Both the position numbers and the translations under genes were made by a program. A stretch of DNA of 64,000 bases, taken from Escherichia phage vB_EcoM_Kelasse. Below the pieces are notes generated by a model. The model made no database searches and was not told the origin of the DNA. It was given only the letters and a program-made list of their open reading frames with translations. Where the stretch lies: the sequence record MW749001.1; one strand, written 5' to 3'. The stretch's first letter is position 1; each line of letters opens with the position of its first letter. Below, piece by piece: positions 18,670 to 29,872 of the stretch.

Positions 18670-19400
18670 TCACCTTTATAGTCTTTTTTCACAATATGAG
18701 TTTCGCCAGTATTCCACCAATGATCAACCAAGTAAAAATGACGAGAATATACATGAAGACTTCCGACATTCCATATAATAGAACCCGCTTTATACTGACG
18801 AGTTGAATCGCCTGCATTCAAATCAGATACTAATTTATCTAATACGTATTTTTGCCATGCATAATCATTACGGAATCCGAAGACCACGTCATTTGAGCGC
18901 ATGCTTACTACTGCATTGACTTTCTTATCACGAATCAGGTACTGTACTGTATTAGTACACATGAAATCTGACATACCATCTTTATTGTAGTCAAATTGCA
19001 TGGATGGACGAGTATAAATCATGATACCACGTCGAGAATCAGGATTTTGACCAAGTTCAGCTAAACACATATCATACTGGGCATAGTTATCTTCTGACCA
19101 AATAGCCCAACCATAATTCGAGTTAATTTCGCCTTTAGAAGATGCTACCTGCTGCCAAATCTTTGGTGTTTCGCCTGGAATATCTTTAACAAACAAGCTC
19201 TTAGATTTATACCATTCAAGTTCACGCTGAATGTATTCATCATTAAGAGCGCCAAAAATAAAGGGTTCATCTGCTACAAATGATGCGCCAATAATTTCAA
19301 TAGTTTTAACGCCAGTTTTATCAACTACGAAATCTTTTTCCTTTAATGCAGTTCCCAAATAAAAACGGATTTCTTCAACTGTCATAGAGTCATTAATCAT
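18660..19400 (-). CDS. 42: dCMP hydroxymethylase gp42
   Basis: 246 aa; recognised as T4 gp42. Confidence 0.92.
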   Translation of the reverse strand: MINDSMTVEEIRFYLGTALKEKDFVVDKTGVKTIEIIGASFVADEPFIFGALNDEYIQRELEWYKSKSLFVKDIPGETPKIWQQVASSKGEINSNYGWAIWSEDNYAQYDMCLAELGQNPDSRRGIMIYTRPSMQFDYNKDGMSDFMCTNTVQYLIRDKKVNAVVSMRSNDVVFGFRNDYAWQKYVLDKLVSDLNAGDSTRQYKAGSIIWNVGSLHVYSRHFYLVDHWWNTGETHIVKKDYKGEWK

Positions 19401-19407
19401 TTAAACC

Positions 19408-19557
19408 TCAATTGATACATTCATATTTAACTTGTAACAGTAATAAACCCCAACCTAAAATAATAGTCGGAATCATAAGAGGAACCGTTACACTATAGTA
19501 TATACTTATTATAATCATCAAGATTAAAAGCAACACTTCTATAATTTTGCTTTTCAT
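19408..19557 (-). CDS. small hydrophobic peptide (49 aa)
   Basis: Hand-translated MKSKIIEVLLLILMIIISIYYSV...; ATGA overlap with imm stop. Confidence 0.4.
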   Translation of the reverse strand: MKSKIIEVLLLILMIIISIYYSVTVPLMIPTIILGWGLLLLQVKYECIN

Positions 19558-19805
19558 TCCTTCTCTCTGATGATAATTACTTGATTTGGCTGTGCAGACT
19601 TTTTAGTTTCACCCGCAATTGACCAAATAAATGTAATAAACCAACCAATAATTGACCAGTTAAACAGCAAAGACGTGAAAAAGATTCCTACTGTCGATTT
19701 TGACCCACGCATCAAGGCGATAAACCATGGAAGCATGTATATAATAATAGCCAACACACCTGAAACTAAAACCATAAAAATTGAACCTGCTACTAAAGTT
19801 TCCAT
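19554..19805 (-). CDS. imm: immunity (superinfection exclusion) membrane protein Imm
   Basis: 83 aa; two transmembrane segments; size and position as T4 imm. Confidence 0.75.
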   Translation of the reverse strand: METLVAGSIFMVLVSGVLAIIIYMLPWFIALMRGSKSTVGIFFTSLLFNWSIIGWFITFIWSIAGETKKSAQPNQVIIIREKE

Positions 19806-19812
19806 GTTTTCC

Positions 19813-20193
19813 TCACTTAGTCAAATTTTTTACGCATGAATTATAAGAATTCACTACATACTCCATCGGAGCATTTTTACCGGTACGCCATTGGTAATTA
19901 TTAGCCCAATTTGCCCAAAGCTCGGCGCAGTAGTTTTCAATTTTTTCTTCGCGTGTAATTACATCCGAATTACGATATGCTTGAGCAGATTCATCTGGAC
20001 GAATAGCTTCGTCAAAATTTGCCTGCATTTGTTCTACTGTTTGCTTTGGAGCTTCTTTATAACACTTGACATTAGGATTATAAAACTTGCTTGAACAGTT
20101 TACAATTTTTCCTACATCAGACTGATTTACTACCGGTCCTTGAGCTACACAACCAGTAAGACCTAATGCAATAACCAAAATAGCGATTTTCAT
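19813..20193 (-). CDS. putative lipoprotein (126 aa)
   Basis: Signal peptide with lipobox LTGC. Confidence 0.55.
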   Translation of the reverse strand: MKIAILVIALGLTGCVAQGPVVNQSDVGKIVNCSSKFYNPNVKCYKEAPKQTVEQMQANFDEAIRPDESAQAYRNSDVITREEKIENYCAELWANWANNYQWRTGKNAPMEYVVNSYNSCVKNLTK

Positions 20194-20203
20194 AATAATT
20201 TCC

Positions 20204-20452
20204 TCAAATGCAAGTAGTAATTACTCCAGTAGTGCTTATGCAGGTATTACCCATTTGCACACCTAAAGATCCATTTGTATTCACATGAAGATTATCATCA
20301 ATTTTAACTGATATTTTACCATTAGTGTGAATAACGGTGCTAGATTCAATCACAGGTTGAGTATCATTTTCAACACTAACAAATGGAACTGCTGCTAATG
20401 CAACTAAACAAACTGCTAAGCATCCCATAACAATTTTCATTTTATTCTCCAA
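20204..20452 (-). CDS. small secreted protein (true start probably ATG near 20440)
   Basis: Signal peptide MKIVMGCLAVCLVALAA; leader TTGGAGAATAAAATG shared with two other genes. Confidence 0.5.
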   Translation of the reverse strand: MENKMKIVMGCLAVCLVALAAVPFVSVENDTQPVIESSTVIHTNGKISVKIDDNLHVNTNGSLGVQMGNTCISTTGVITTCI

Positions 20453-20460
20453 ATCCGTAT

Positions 20461-20530
20461 TAGTTGATAGTTGTATAGTACCATGGAAGAACAGTCTTGT
20501 AAACAGTTTTGTGAAAATTTTTTAGGGAAT
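20461..20530 (-). repeat. promoter repeat module, copy C
   Basis: AGTTGATAGTTGTATAGTACCATGGAAGAACAG identical to 62811..62843. Confidence 0.7.
20475..20504 (-). promoter_or_regulatory. T4 early-type promoter downstream of gene 43
   Basis: Minus strand GTTTAC, 18 nt, TGGTACTAT; part of repeated module. Confidence 0.5.
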
Positions 20531-20586
20531 TCTAAAGGTCCAGAATCATCTGTTTTTCATAAGTATAGATTTATATTACTTGTATG

Positions 20587-20607
20587 AAAAAGGGACCCGG
20601 AGGTCCC
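20587..20607 (-). terminator. tetraloop hairpin/terminator downstream of gene 43
   Basis: GGGACC-UCCG-GGUCCC followed by U-tract. Confidence 0.55.
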
Positions 20608-20620
20608 TAGATTTATTCTA

Positions 20621-23317
20621 TCAGCCAAACAGGAAGTCTAACGAAGCTTTTTCTTCATAGTCCATACCAGCCGATTCACACATGCCTGCAAGCGGTTTAA
20701 CAAACGATTTTTGGAACAAAGTTGAGTAGTCAATCCAAGATAGTACATCAGAACGAATTTCTTTTGGAAGTTCTGTACCCGACGGCCAAGCAATGCACTT
20801 GTCGCCAAATGGATTTCCTTCACGTAATGGAAGAACCATTACCTTATTTCCATCCAAAATTGGAGCTACACCCAGACCACTAACAGCTCGACGATAAGTT
20901 AGCACACCACGAATATGGAACGGGCATTTAAATCCTGGCCAACCTTTATCATCATATTTCGCTATATCGTTCGCAGTTTTTACTTCAGCAATAACTTTAT
21001 AGTCAAGTTGACGATATTCTTTCTCGAAGTTCTTGTAATATTCTTGGACAGACTCTTCACCTTCCTGAAGAATACGACGAATACTTTCTTCAAGAGCTTC
21101 TTGAACTGCTTTAGGCGTTGAACTTTGCTGAGTTTCCATACCCATGATTTTTAGATGCGGTTCAGCAAAACGCTTATCTTCCATATCATATACGTTCAGA
21201 GCATAACGCTTTTTCGCTTTCCAAAATCCACCAACGCCCTTTGAACCAAGTGGAGGGCAAGAAATAGCTTCACGGTCCATATGCATCAGATGCTCGCGGT
21301 TATTCATATAATCACATAACTCACGATATGCAACATCAATCATAGGTTCCATCTTTTTCTTACCGAACTGATTCATGAATTCAACTAAATCGTTCTGCTC
21401 TTTGAATCGGTCAAGACCAACTTTTTCAATAACTTTATCTACACAAACATATACCGAATCAGTATCACCTGCTGCAATGAAATCTTCGCCATTAGTTCCG
21501 CACACTTTATTCAGATACTCATTAATTTTACGAGCAATCCACTGAATACCAACTTGGCCGAAAATTGTGATAGCAGTAGCATTTCGCAAATCATAGTAAC
21601 GGAAATGAATATTACCAAGAGCACCGTAAAGGCTGTTAATAAGAATTTTACGGTTCAGCTGATTTGTATTAGCAAGTGTAGCCGCTTTTTCACATTCTTC
21701 AATCAAACTATTGAGAACAGATTCAGTATAATTCGATAGTTCATTTAAGAAATCATCACTGAACTTAACATATCGTTCAACTTCAGGTTTAGTTGAACAA
21801 GACCCTGCGCCTTTCATAATAATCTTTTTAATAGCTTCGGCATTCATTTCTTCAGCGAACATTTTCTTTTTCCAATCTTTACGCTGGAAAAATACTTTAG
21901 CGATTTCCTTTGGAATGATACCTTCTTGATGCTTATCATACATCCATCCATTCGGAGAACAAGAATATTCATCACTCGGTTTAGGAGCTGTTCCTGCGAT
22001 ATATTCATGAATTGGATGAACTTTAAACTGCCCACGAATAGTCTCAGGACTAATGTTAACCTGACGAATAATGCTCGGATACAGAGACGTCAAGTCAAAA
22101 CTCATAATATATCGACGAGCAATTGGTTTAGGTTCAAACACAAATGCACCCGGAAAACTCTGTTTAACATGCGAACCTTGTTGAGGAATAACCTTATGTT
22201 CACCTTTCAATGAGTTAAAAATAATAGCATCCCAGGTTTTAATAGGACTCATTACACCGGAAAAAGGCATTTTAGCGTAATAAGACATACTTAAAACTAG
22301 ATCGATAAACCCGCGAATTTTATCAATTGCTTGAACTGATTCTACGTCAATGATGTTATAACTAATGTATCGTTGATGATTAGTCTCACGAAGTTTATTA
22401 ATAGGACCGTCGTATGGTAATTTACCTTTTTTGGTTTCATGTTGAGCAACTGATTCCAAAGAGAATGACGGCAAATTAGTAAAAGCGAATTTCTTGTACA
22501 AATCTAAATAATCAAGAATAGATACGCCATCAATAGAATAAATTTCTTTGCTACCGTACATATTTTGAATTAATTTAGATTTTACTCGACCGATTGGAGA
22601 GAAGCGTTTCATACTACGTTCACCGAGAACCATTTTAACGCGATTCATGATATACGGAACGTCAAATCCCTCAATATTCCAACCGGTAAAAATAGCAGGT
22701 CGTTTCTGTTCCCAAAGATTAATATATTCCATGAGCATATCACGCTCATTATCGAATGGCATATAAATTACTCGGTCAAGAATTTCTTGAGGAACTTCAT
22801 CACCACCTTCACAGTCAAGCTTAGCAGCTAACTTTGCATCCCATTTTGATACTGAACCATACATTGAATTCAAAAGGTCGAAAACATAAAAACGATCATC
22901 AATTGAATCGTAATGAGTGATAGCATCAATTTCATATTCAGCTTTCATTGGGTCAGGAAATTTATCACCAGTAACCTCAATGTCACAGTTAGCTACACGA
23001 ACAAATTTTCGGTCATAAACAATTTCTGAACCGTATGTATCACTGATATAAGCGAGTTTAAAATCGTTCATACCGAGAGCTTCGAGACCGATGTCTTCCA
23101 TTCGTTTCATCCAATCTCGAGCATCTTTCATTGATGGAAATTTTTGAGGAGCGCAATTTTTACCATAGATGTCTTTGTACTTTGACTCTTCCTTACAATG
23201 CCTAAACATAGTCGGAAGATATTCTACTTCACGAGTACGTTCCTTTCCGTTTTCATCAATATAACGTTCAACAATGTTATTTCCGACTGTTTCGATAGAG
23301 ATATAAAATTCTTTCAT
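20621..23317 (-). CDS. 43: DNA polymerase gp43 (family B)
   Basis: 898 aa; recognised as T4 gp43. Confidence 0.95.
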   Translation of the reverse strand: MKEFYISIETVGNNIVERYIDENGKERTREVEYLPTMFRHCKEESKYKDIYGKNCAPQKFPSMKDARDWMKRMEDIGLEALGMNDFKLAYISDTYGSEIVYDRKFVRVANCDIEVTGDKFPDPMKAEYEIDAITHYDSIDDRFYVFDLLNSMYGSVSKWDAKLAAKLDCEGGDEVPQEILDRVIYMPFDNERDMLMEYINLWEQKRPAIFTGWNIEGFDVPYIMNRVKMVLGERSMKRFSPIGRVKSKLIQNMYGSKEIYSIDGVSILDYLDLYKKFAFTNLPSFSLESVAQHETKKGKLPYDGPINKLRETNHQRYISYNIIDVESVQAIDKIRGFIDLVLSMSYYAKMPFSGVMSPIKTWDAIIFNSLKGEHKVIPQQGSHVKQSFPGAFVFEPKPIARRYIMSFDLTSLYPSIIRQVNISPETIRGQFKVHPIHEYIAGTAPKPSDEYSCSPNGWMYDKHQEGIIPKEIAKVFFQRKDWKKKMFAEEMNAEAIKKIIMKGAGSCSTKPEVERYVKFSDDFLNELSNYTESVLNSLIEECEKAATLANTNQLNRKILINSLYGALGNIHFRYYDLRNATAITIFGQVGIQWIARKINEYLNKVCGTNGEDFIAAGDTDSVYVCVDKVIEKVGLDRFKEQNDLVEFMNQFGKKKMEPMIDVAYRELCDYMNNREHLMHMDREAISCPPLGSKGVGGFWKAKKRYALNVYDMEDKRFAEPHLKIMGMETQQSSTPKAVQEALEESIRRILQEGEESVQEYYKNFEKEYRQLDYKVIAEVKTANDIAKYDDKGWPGFKCPFHIRGVLTYRRAVSGLGVAPILDGNKVMVLPLREGNPFGDKCIAWPSGTELPKEIRSDVLSWIDYSTLFQKSFVKPLAGMCESAGMDYEEKASLDFLFG

Positions 23318-23371
23318 AGATATTCCTTAGTTTATAGCCCGAGTTATTAGGCTCTTGATATATTATACTCC

Positions 23372-23393
23372 AAATAAGGGGCCGAAGCCCCTT
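23372..23393 (-). terminator. C(UUCG)G tetraloop hairpin downstream of regA
   Basis: AAGGGGC-UUCG-GCCCCUU. Confidence 0.5.
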
Positions 23394-23395
23394 GC

Positions 23396-23764
23396 TTAAT
23401 TACCAATCGTATATTTAGGAACGAGTTTCCATTCATGTTTTTGTTTAAAAGAAATAACTCGGAAGTTATTAGTTAAATCTTTCATAAAAGTTCTTTGACC
23501 AGGAACGATTTCAATCAGTCCCCAATCTTCTAACAACCATGCAATCGAATCACGACGAACTTCATCTTCTTCTGTCATTTCAACTTGACGGCCATCCATA
23601 CGAAGCATTTCTTTAAAATGAACGATATAGTATAGTCCTTTTTTCTGAAGAATATGACAGGACTGATACAGAACTTTATCTTTATTATTAGCAATTCCCA
23701 TACGAGTCAAAGTTTCTTTTACTTTCAGAAAATCTTCAGGTTTTTTAAGAGTAATTTCAATCAT
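23396..23764 (-). CDS. regA: translational repressor RegA
   Basis: 122 aa; size and position as T4 regA. Confidence 0.8.
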   Translation of the reverse strand: MIEITLKKPEDFLKVKETLTRMGIANNKDKVLYQSCHILQKKGLYYIVHFKEMLRMDGRQVEMTEEDEVRRDSIAWLLEDWGLIEIVPGQRTFMKDLTNNFRVISFKQKHEWKLVPKYTIGN

Positions 23765-23765
23765 T

Positions 23766-24350
23766 TTACCATTCCAATGCTAGTTTTTTGAGTTGTTTCT
23801 GTTCTTTTACGTTCTTAGTCACTTCTTTCAAAAAATCATCCGTGACTAATCCTTTAAGTTCTTTTAATACTAAAGGTAGTTTTCCATTTTTAGTAAGAAT
23901 TGATTTATAGTTAATTGCATCATTTGTATTAACTTGATAACGCTTAGCAAGTAACTTAATAATCAATACTTCGGTGGAATCTTCAACTAGTTTTGCCCAT
24001 TTACCATATCTTTTACCACGAGGAACTGCAGCCATTAGATAATTAAAATGAGCTTCATCACTTAATCCAGAACCGATTAAATTCATAGCATATACAGCTG
24101 GCATGCACTCTGGAAATTGTGATAATGCATTTTCAACCATGAATTTTGAATAATCTTTTTGAGCAATAGAGCATTTAGTTTTATTATTAATAGCTCCAAT
24201 TATTTCAAAAAACTCATTTTCAGCTTTTTCTTTAAAAGAATCAGCAGCGGATTGGACAGCTGTCCAATCTTTTGAATACCAAGCAACTTGATGCTCGTTT
24301 AATTGAATATCATCTTCAAATAAGCTCATATCACTTCCACTGCATTTCAC
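23766..24350 (-). CDS. 62: clamp loader subunit gp62
   Basis: 194 aa; immediately downstream of gene 44. Confidence 0.8.
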   Translation of the reverse strand: MKCSGSDMSLFEDDIQLNEHQVAWYSKDWTAVQSAADSFKEKAENEFFEIIGAINNKTKCSIAQKDYSKFMVENALSQFPECMPAVYAMNLIGSGLSDEAHFNYLMAAVPRGKRYGKWAKLVEDSTEVLIIKLLAKRYQVNTNDAINYKSILTKNGKLPLVLKELKGLVTDDFLKEVTKNVKEQKQLKKLALEW

Positions 24351-25305
24351 ATGCTAACTGAATGAAAAGATAAGCTAAATGCAATTCAGTATTAGCTGCA
24401 ATACCATGATACTGATTATTTTCGCCGACAATTTCGTACATACGAATAATACTCTGTGGAGTTACACGTGAATAGATTTCTTCGGCAAGTTTACCCACGA
24501 ACCACGAATAATCGGCTGCATATTTTGGTGCTAAAGCTCTGAGTTGTTTAACATCTTTATTTTTGAGAGACTCAAGAACATCATCAATAGCACCACGATC
24601 GTTAGTAACCAGTGATAAAATACCAGCATCCAAAACACCTTTAGATGAATAACTATCGAGCTCGCCAATAGTTTTACGAAAATCAGGAAAATTCTTTTTA
24701 ACCAAAGCTGCTACAACTTTCATATCAGCTATAGCAATTCCTTCATGTTTACAGATTTCAGTCAATCGACGAATCATCTGCTTCATCATTTCAATTTTAT
24801 CTTCATCGGTCGGTTGACCGAACGTAATAACTCGGCAGCGTGACTGAAGCGGTTTAATAATACCATCAATATTGTTAGCAGTAATAATAATACTACAGTT
24901 TGAACTATAAGCTTCCATAAAGGAACGAAGATGTCGCTGAGACTCTGCTAATCCTGAGCGGTCAAATTCATCAATAACGATTACTTTTTGACGACCATCA
25001 AATGAAGCGGCGCTGGCAAAATTAGTCAAAGGACCACGAACGAAATCAATTTTACAATCTGATCCATTCACAAACATCATATCAGCATTTACATCATGAC
25101 ACAATGCTTTTGCTACAGTTGTTTTACCTGTTCCTGGAGAAGGAGAATGAAGAATAATATGTGGAATCTTACCTTTACTTGTAATAGATTTAAAGGTTTC
25201 TTTATCAAAGGCGGGAAGAATACATTCATCGATAGTAGATGGACGATATTTCTGTTCAAGAATGTGTTCTTTTTCATTTACGGTAATCATAATTTCCTCA
25301 TTCAA
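24331..25305 (-). CDS. 44: clamp loader ATPase gp44
   Basis: 324 aa; AAA+ Walker [10 protein letters not shown]. Confidence 0.9.
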   Translation of the reverse strand: MNEEIMITVNEKEHILEQKYRPSTIDECILPAFDKETFKSITSKGKIPHIILHSPSPGTGKTTVAKALCHDVNADMMFVNGSDCKIDFVRGPLTNFASAASFDGRQKVIVIDEFDRSGLAESQRHLRSFMEAYSSNCSIIITANNIDGIIKPLQSRCRVITFGQPTDEDKIEMMKQMIRRLTEICKHEGIAIADMKVVAALVKKNFPDFRKTIGELDSYSSKGVLDAGILSLVTNDRGAIDDVLESLKNKDVKQLRALAPKYAADYSWFVGKLAEEIYSRVTPQSIIRMYEIVGENNQYHGIAANTELHLAYLFIQLACEMQWK

Positions 25306-25320
25306 GTTTTAGTGTAAATT

Positions 25321-25340
25321 ATAAAGGGCCGAAGCCCTCT
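25321..25340 (-). terminator. C(UUCG)G tetraloop hairpin downstream of gene 45
   Basis: GGGC-UUCG-GCCC. Confidence 0.5.
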
Positions 25341-25341
25341 A

Positions 25342-26028
25342 TTAAAAATCGTGGGTAGAATCAGCTTCAAGAGCTACTACATAATTCGCGTGTTCACCTT
25401 CAAATTTAGCAGCACCTTGTTTACCTTTTGCCCAGAGCAGAAGTTTATAATTTCCTGGTTGCATTTTCATATTTGTCATATTGATAATGAAATTAAATGT
25501 ATTTTCACCATCATAATCACCAAGAGTCAAAGAATATTTAACACGGGTAAGAGCAGAATCTTCTACTTTATTAAAACCGTTAATTACGATTTTACCTTCT
25601 TTTACTGTGATAGCAATTGTATCAATCTGCAGACCACGAGATACACGCAACAGTTGTTGAAGGTCTTCAGCTTTAATTTCAGTAACAACAGATGCTACCG
25701 GGAATGGAATTGGTTTATTAGGAGCAACTACTGTACTCGGATCGGCTGCTGGCCAAAAAATTGTTGAACGGGCATCAGCAATTTTAATATTACCATCTTC
25801 TGACTGGGAAATTTCTGCATCGTCATTAACTAGAGACAGAATACCGAGAAAACCGTTCAAATCGTAAATCGCTACATCAAAATCAATAGTGTCAGAAATA
25901 TTTGCTTCCGCATAAGTTGTACCATTAACTGCGCGAGTCATAATAAATTGACCGGATTTAAGCATAATACCAGAGTTAATAGTAGCGAAATTTTTAAGCA
26001 GAGCAGTAGTATCTTTAGACAGTTTCAT
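25342..26028 (-). CDS. 45: sliding clamp gp45
   Basis: 228 aa; size and position as T4 gp45. Confidence 0.9.
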   Translation of the reverse strand: MKLSKDTTALLKNFATINSGIMLKSGQFIMTRAVNGTTYAEANISDTIDFDVAIYDLNGFLGILSLVNDDAEISQSEDGNIKIADARSTIFWPAADPSTVVAPNKPIPFPVASVVTEIKAEDLQQLLRVSRGLQIDTIAITVKEGKIVINGFNKVEDSALTRVKYSLTLGDYDGENTFNFIINMTNMKMQPGNYKLLLWAKGKQGAAKFEGEHANYVVALEADSTHDF

Positions 26029-26083
26029 GTAATTTCCTTCAATTCAAATGAGATTTAATTTTATAACTAATTTAATAAAGCAA

Positions 26084-26473
26084 TTAACGATTAAAATCAG
26101 CCGCAATTGTTTCCGCAACAATTTGTGCAGCAACAATTAGGCGTTCATCTGCATTACCGCAATAATCATCTTCAAGGCGTTCACCACATGAAGTCATAAT
26201 AAATTTAGCACCGGCGTTTAGAGATTCTGTAGTATGTTTGCGCATTAGTTCAATCCATTTATTACTTACTTCACGATCGATAGCTTCATAATACGCATGA
26301 CGAGCAGGTGCAGATTTAATTTTGTTCTGAATAACTTCCATTGCGTTATCAGAAAGAGACAAAACCCATGCTCGACGGATTTTATTTTGGTTTTGTGGAT
26401 TTGATTCAGAACGCACGTGTTTTGGCTGAATATCTTTTACATCAACAGTATAATTCACAGTAATTTTAGTCAT
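26084..26473 (-). CDS. rpbA: RNA polymerase binding protein RpbA
   Basis: 129 aa; size and position as T4 rpbA. Confidence 0.65.
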
Positions 26474-26482
26474 AATACACCT

Positions 26483-26671
26483 TTAGTCATAATAATCAGT
26501 AACAGTCCAAGCTTCATTTCTATTGGACATTATTTTTGTATATTCTGCTTTAAATGCATTCCTAAGCATATATTCAGTAACTATATGCTCTTCATTAGAA
26601 AAATTATTTCTCAGAATATATCGTTTTATTTCAGGAATAGTTAATAGATGCTGTCCAGTTGAATATTCCAT
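26483..26671 (-). CDS. hypothetical protein (62 aa, 45.2 position)
   Basis: ORF track. Confidence 0.5.
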   Translation of the reverse strand: MEYSTGQHLLTIPEIKRYILRNNFSNEEHIVTEYMLRNAFKAEYTKIMSNRNEAWTVTDYYD

Positions 26672-26726
26672 GTTTTTCCTCCATAGAGATTATACTCTAA
26701 TAAATTAAAGCATAATCTCTTATAAA

Positions 26727-28409
26727 TTAAACCATTACAGTAAATCGACCAACTTTCTTCATTTGAAGATGCTGACCATATTCTTGTGGGTCATGGTCTT
26801 TATGTGAAATTATAAAGACATTAGTGTTTTTCATTGAATTTATAATATTAGCTACACCTTTAATACCTTCGGCATCAAATGACCCGTCAAACACTTCATC
26901 GAGTATTAATGTACTAATACTAACACCAGATACAATAGAAGCAATATCACGCCAAGTAAATAAAAGAGCAATATCAATTCGCGCTTTTTCACCTTCACTA
27001 AATGAAGCATAACTAAAATCTTCACGACCACGGGATTTAATTGTCTCATTAAATTCTTCATCTAATGTAAACACATAATCCGCTTCCATTATTTTAAGAT
27101 AATGGTTAATCTGTTTATTAAATAATGGAATGTACTTTTTAATAATAGCACCTTTAATACCAGAATCTTTGAGCATGTCAGTCAAAATTCCTCTGTGGTA
27201 TTTTTCCATTACTAAATTAGTTTTTGTCTTAACAATTTTATCAAGTTCTTCTTGAAGCAGTGCTATTTCATCAGCATGGTCAATAAACTCAGAAGATGCT
27301 TTTTCTATAGCTGCTTTAACTTTTTTAGCTTTATCTACCGTCGTGATTAGAGATTGCTTTTTATTGCGAATATCATTTGCCAACGACTGCTGAGTTTTAA
27401 TATTATCTCGGTATTCATCAACAAGAACTTTTAAATTATCACGGTGTGTTGAAAGCTGTTCAAACGAATGCGTACATTCAGAAACTTTATCTTTAATTTT
27501 AGAAACAACTTTATCACCGGAACTTAATTGTGACAAGCAGGTTGGACATAATCCACCTTCGTGATACATATTAATGACTTTATTATACGAGTCAATTTTT
27601 GATTTAATTAAAAATGCTTCTTGACCGATTTTATTAAATGCATCAGTCGGGTCTTCATCTAAAACAATATTAACTAATCTTTCATTAGCTTCTTCTATTT
27701 CCGATTTTAGCGTTCTAGCTTCTTTTGCCAAATCATCATACATATTTTGTAGACGAGTAAGGTTGTCACCCGTTAATTTTTTCTGGCGTTCAACGTTATC
27801 ATTATATATTTTAATTTGTTGGATAATACTATCTTTTTTAACATCAAGCACTTGGTTTTGTGAATTTAATTCACGTATTAGTGCTTTATTAAGCTTATCC
27901 ATTTCAGCTAATGTTCCTACCTCAAGCAGGTCTTCCACAAGCTTTCTTCGCGCAGGGGTCGACAAACCCATGAAAGGGGTATACCCTGCTGTACCAAGGA
28001 CAACAATCTGCTTGAAACTGGCATATGACATTCCGATAAGCTGTTCAAATTCTGCTTGGAAATCTTTACTGCTGGCAGATTCATTAAGACGTGTACCGTT
28101 AACGGTGATTTCGAAAACGTTTGGTTTTTGTCCTCTTTTGATATAGTACTTTTTCTCATCATATTCCATCCACAGTTCAACTAAAAGTTCTTTCTTATTT
28201 GTGCTGTTTATTAATTGACCTTTCTTTACATCACGAAATGGCTTGCCAAAAAGCCCAAACGTGATGGCTTCTAACATAGTAGACTTACCACCGCCATTTC
28301 GTCCAGTAATAAGAGTTTTTTGAACCTTATCTAATTGAATGTCAATAGGATTTCCACCTACTGACATTATATTTTGATACCTAACTCGGTTTAGTTTAAA
28401 ATTCTTCAC
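26727..28409 (-). CDS. 46: recombination nuclease subunit gp46 (Rad50/SbcC-like)
   Basis: 560 aa; Walker A GRNGGGKST, central coiled coil with CPTC zinc hook, C-terminal ABC signature. Confidence 0.92.
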   Translation of the reverse strand: MKNFKLNRVRYQNIMSVGGNPIDIQLDKVQKTLITGRNGGGKSTMLEAITFGLFGKPFRDVKKGQLINSTNKKELLVELWMEYDEKKYYIKRGQKPNVFEITVNGTRLNESASSKDFQAEFEQLIGMSYASFKQIVVLGTAGYTPFMGLSTPARRKLVEDLLEVGTLAEMDKLNKALIRELNSQNQVLDVKKDSIIQQIKIYNDNVERQKKLTGDNLTRLQNMYDDLAKEARTLKSEIEEANERLVNIVLDEDPTDAFNKIGQEAFLIKSKIDSYNKVINMYHEGGLCPTCLSQLSSGDKVVSKIKDKVSECTHSFEQLSTHRDNLKVLVDEYRDNIKTQQSLANDIRNKKQSLITTVDKAKKVKAAIEKASSEFIDHADEIALLQEELDKIVKTKTNLVMEKYHRGILTDMLKDSGIKGAIIKKYIPLFNKQINHYLKIMEADYVFTLDEEFNETIKSRGREDFSYASFSEGEKARIDIALLFTWRDIASIVSGVSISTLILDEVFDGSFDAEGIKGVANIINSMKNTNVFIISHKDHDPQEYGQHLQMKKVGRFTVMV

Positions 28410-28669
28410 AAAAGATTCCTTTTAATGTATCTTTTAGACCATTCTATCATATCATCATAATCTAAAAAGTATTCATCAAATTCAGCCACGCAAACAACAC
28501 CTTGTGTTGTTTTTGATGTAATATAAATTATTCCAACATATCTAGAATCTTCTTCGGTATAATCAATATTTGCTATGAATTCATCATTAATGTCAAATGT
28601 CGAAAACTTCACAGTATGCATCCTTAATACAAGATACAGCCATATCTCGCAATGATTTAGGTGTGTCAT
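28406..28669 (-). CDS. hypothetical protein (87 aa)
   Basis: ORF track. Confidence 0.5.
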   Translation of the reverse strand: MTHLNHCEIWLYLVLRMHTVKFSTFDINDEFIANIDYTEEDSRYVGIIYITSKTTQGVVCVAEFDEYFLDYDDMIEWSKRYIKRNLL

Positions 28670-28856
28670 TATCTAAAATGTTGAAGTTAAAAGATACAGC
28701 CCAGTCAGTGCAGACTGTAACCTTTTTAATACAATTATCTTCAACCTCTAGCGGTTCAAACCAATATTCAATAATTTCTTTATGACCAATATCATCTTTT
28801 ACTTCGCATTCAAAATGCTGACTCATCATAACATTTTTAAATTCATCAAAAGTCAT
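28593..28856 (-). CDS. hypothetical protein (87 aa)
   Basis: ORF track. Confidence 0.5.
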   Translation of the reverse strand: MTFDEFKNVMMSQHFECEVKDDIGHKEIIEYWFEPLEVEDNCIKKVTVCTDWAVSFNFNILDNDTPKSLRDMAVSCIKDAYCEVFDI

Positions 28857-29872
28857 TGTGTTGCCTCTACATATAACTGATTTGCATATTGAATAAGTGC
28901 TTCACGATCAGAATCAGTGATGTCTGGAATTGCATTAATGTATTCTTCCATCAACGTCTGAAGAGATTGAACTTCAACTTCTTCACTGTCATCTGACTCG
29001 ACAGAGTTATCAATCTTTGACACAACTCGTAATGAATGCACAACTTTTTCTAGTTCAGATTCGAACTTCGTCAGATTTTTGTCTACTTCAGTTACTATAA
29101 CACGTACTGATAGATTTGTAAAATCTTTATAGTCAATTTTTCCTTTAAATGGATAATGAATTCTACGGTGCCAGGTAGTATTGTTTGGAATAAATTCCAT
29201 TCGTTCTGTTTCTGTATCAAACATCCAGAACCCACGAGGGTCATTCTCGTCACCTGCAGTTAGTGTCCATGGTGTCCCAATATATCTGACGTTAGCAGCC
29301 TCAGAGATAGTATGGAAGTGACCAGACCACACCTCTTTATAAGTCTTAAGGAAATCAGGTTCAAGACCGTGAGATTTCATTCCTTTATAAAAATAAAATC
29401 CATTCAGCTCCCAGTGACCAACACAAAAAGAAGCAGATGAAGTTTTGATGTGTTCAAGAATTTCACCAGTATTTTCTTCGCACATCCAAGGAATTAAATC
29501 AATCAAACACCCGTCAAAATCTACTGTAGTAGGCTTATCATATACTTTAACATTAGGATATTTAGCCAAAAGCTCAGTAGAGGCATTTGGATGCATTACA
29601 TTTTTGTAGTGGAGATCGTGATTTCCTACAATAGTATGTAATGTGATTCCAGCGTCATCAAGCATTTGAACTATTTCGCGAGCGAACTCCATAGTTTTAT
29701 GCGTGATTGCTTTTCGCACATCAAAAATATCGCCGTATTGAATCCATGTAGTAATTCCATTTTTCTTAGAATATTCTATTGCTTGTTTAATTCCATCAAT
29801 TTGAATACCGCGAATCCACTCATCATCAGCTTTAACGCCTAAATGCCAATCACCTAAATTTAAAATTTTCAT
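28853..29872 (-). CDS. 47: recombination nuclease subunit gp47 (Mre11/SbcD-like)
   Basis: 339 aa; calcineurin-like phosphoesterase motifs GDWH, GNHD. Confidence 0.9.
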   Translation of the reverse strand: MKILNLGDWHLGVKADDEWIRGIQIDGIKQAIEYSKKNGITTWIQYGDIFDVRKAITHKTMEFAREIVQMLDDAGITLHTIVGNHDLHYKNVMHPNASTELLAKYPNVKVYDKPTTVDFDGCLIDLIPWMCEENTGEILEHIKTSSASFCVGHWELNGFYFYKGMKSHGLEPDFLKTYKEVWSGHFHTISEAANVRYIGTPWTLTAGDENDPRGFWMFDTETERMEFIPNNTTWHRRIHYPFKGKIDYKDFTNLSVRVIVTEVDKNLTKFESELEKVVHSLRVVSKIDNSVESDDSEEVEVQSLQTLMEEYINAIPDITDSDREALIQYANQLYVEATQ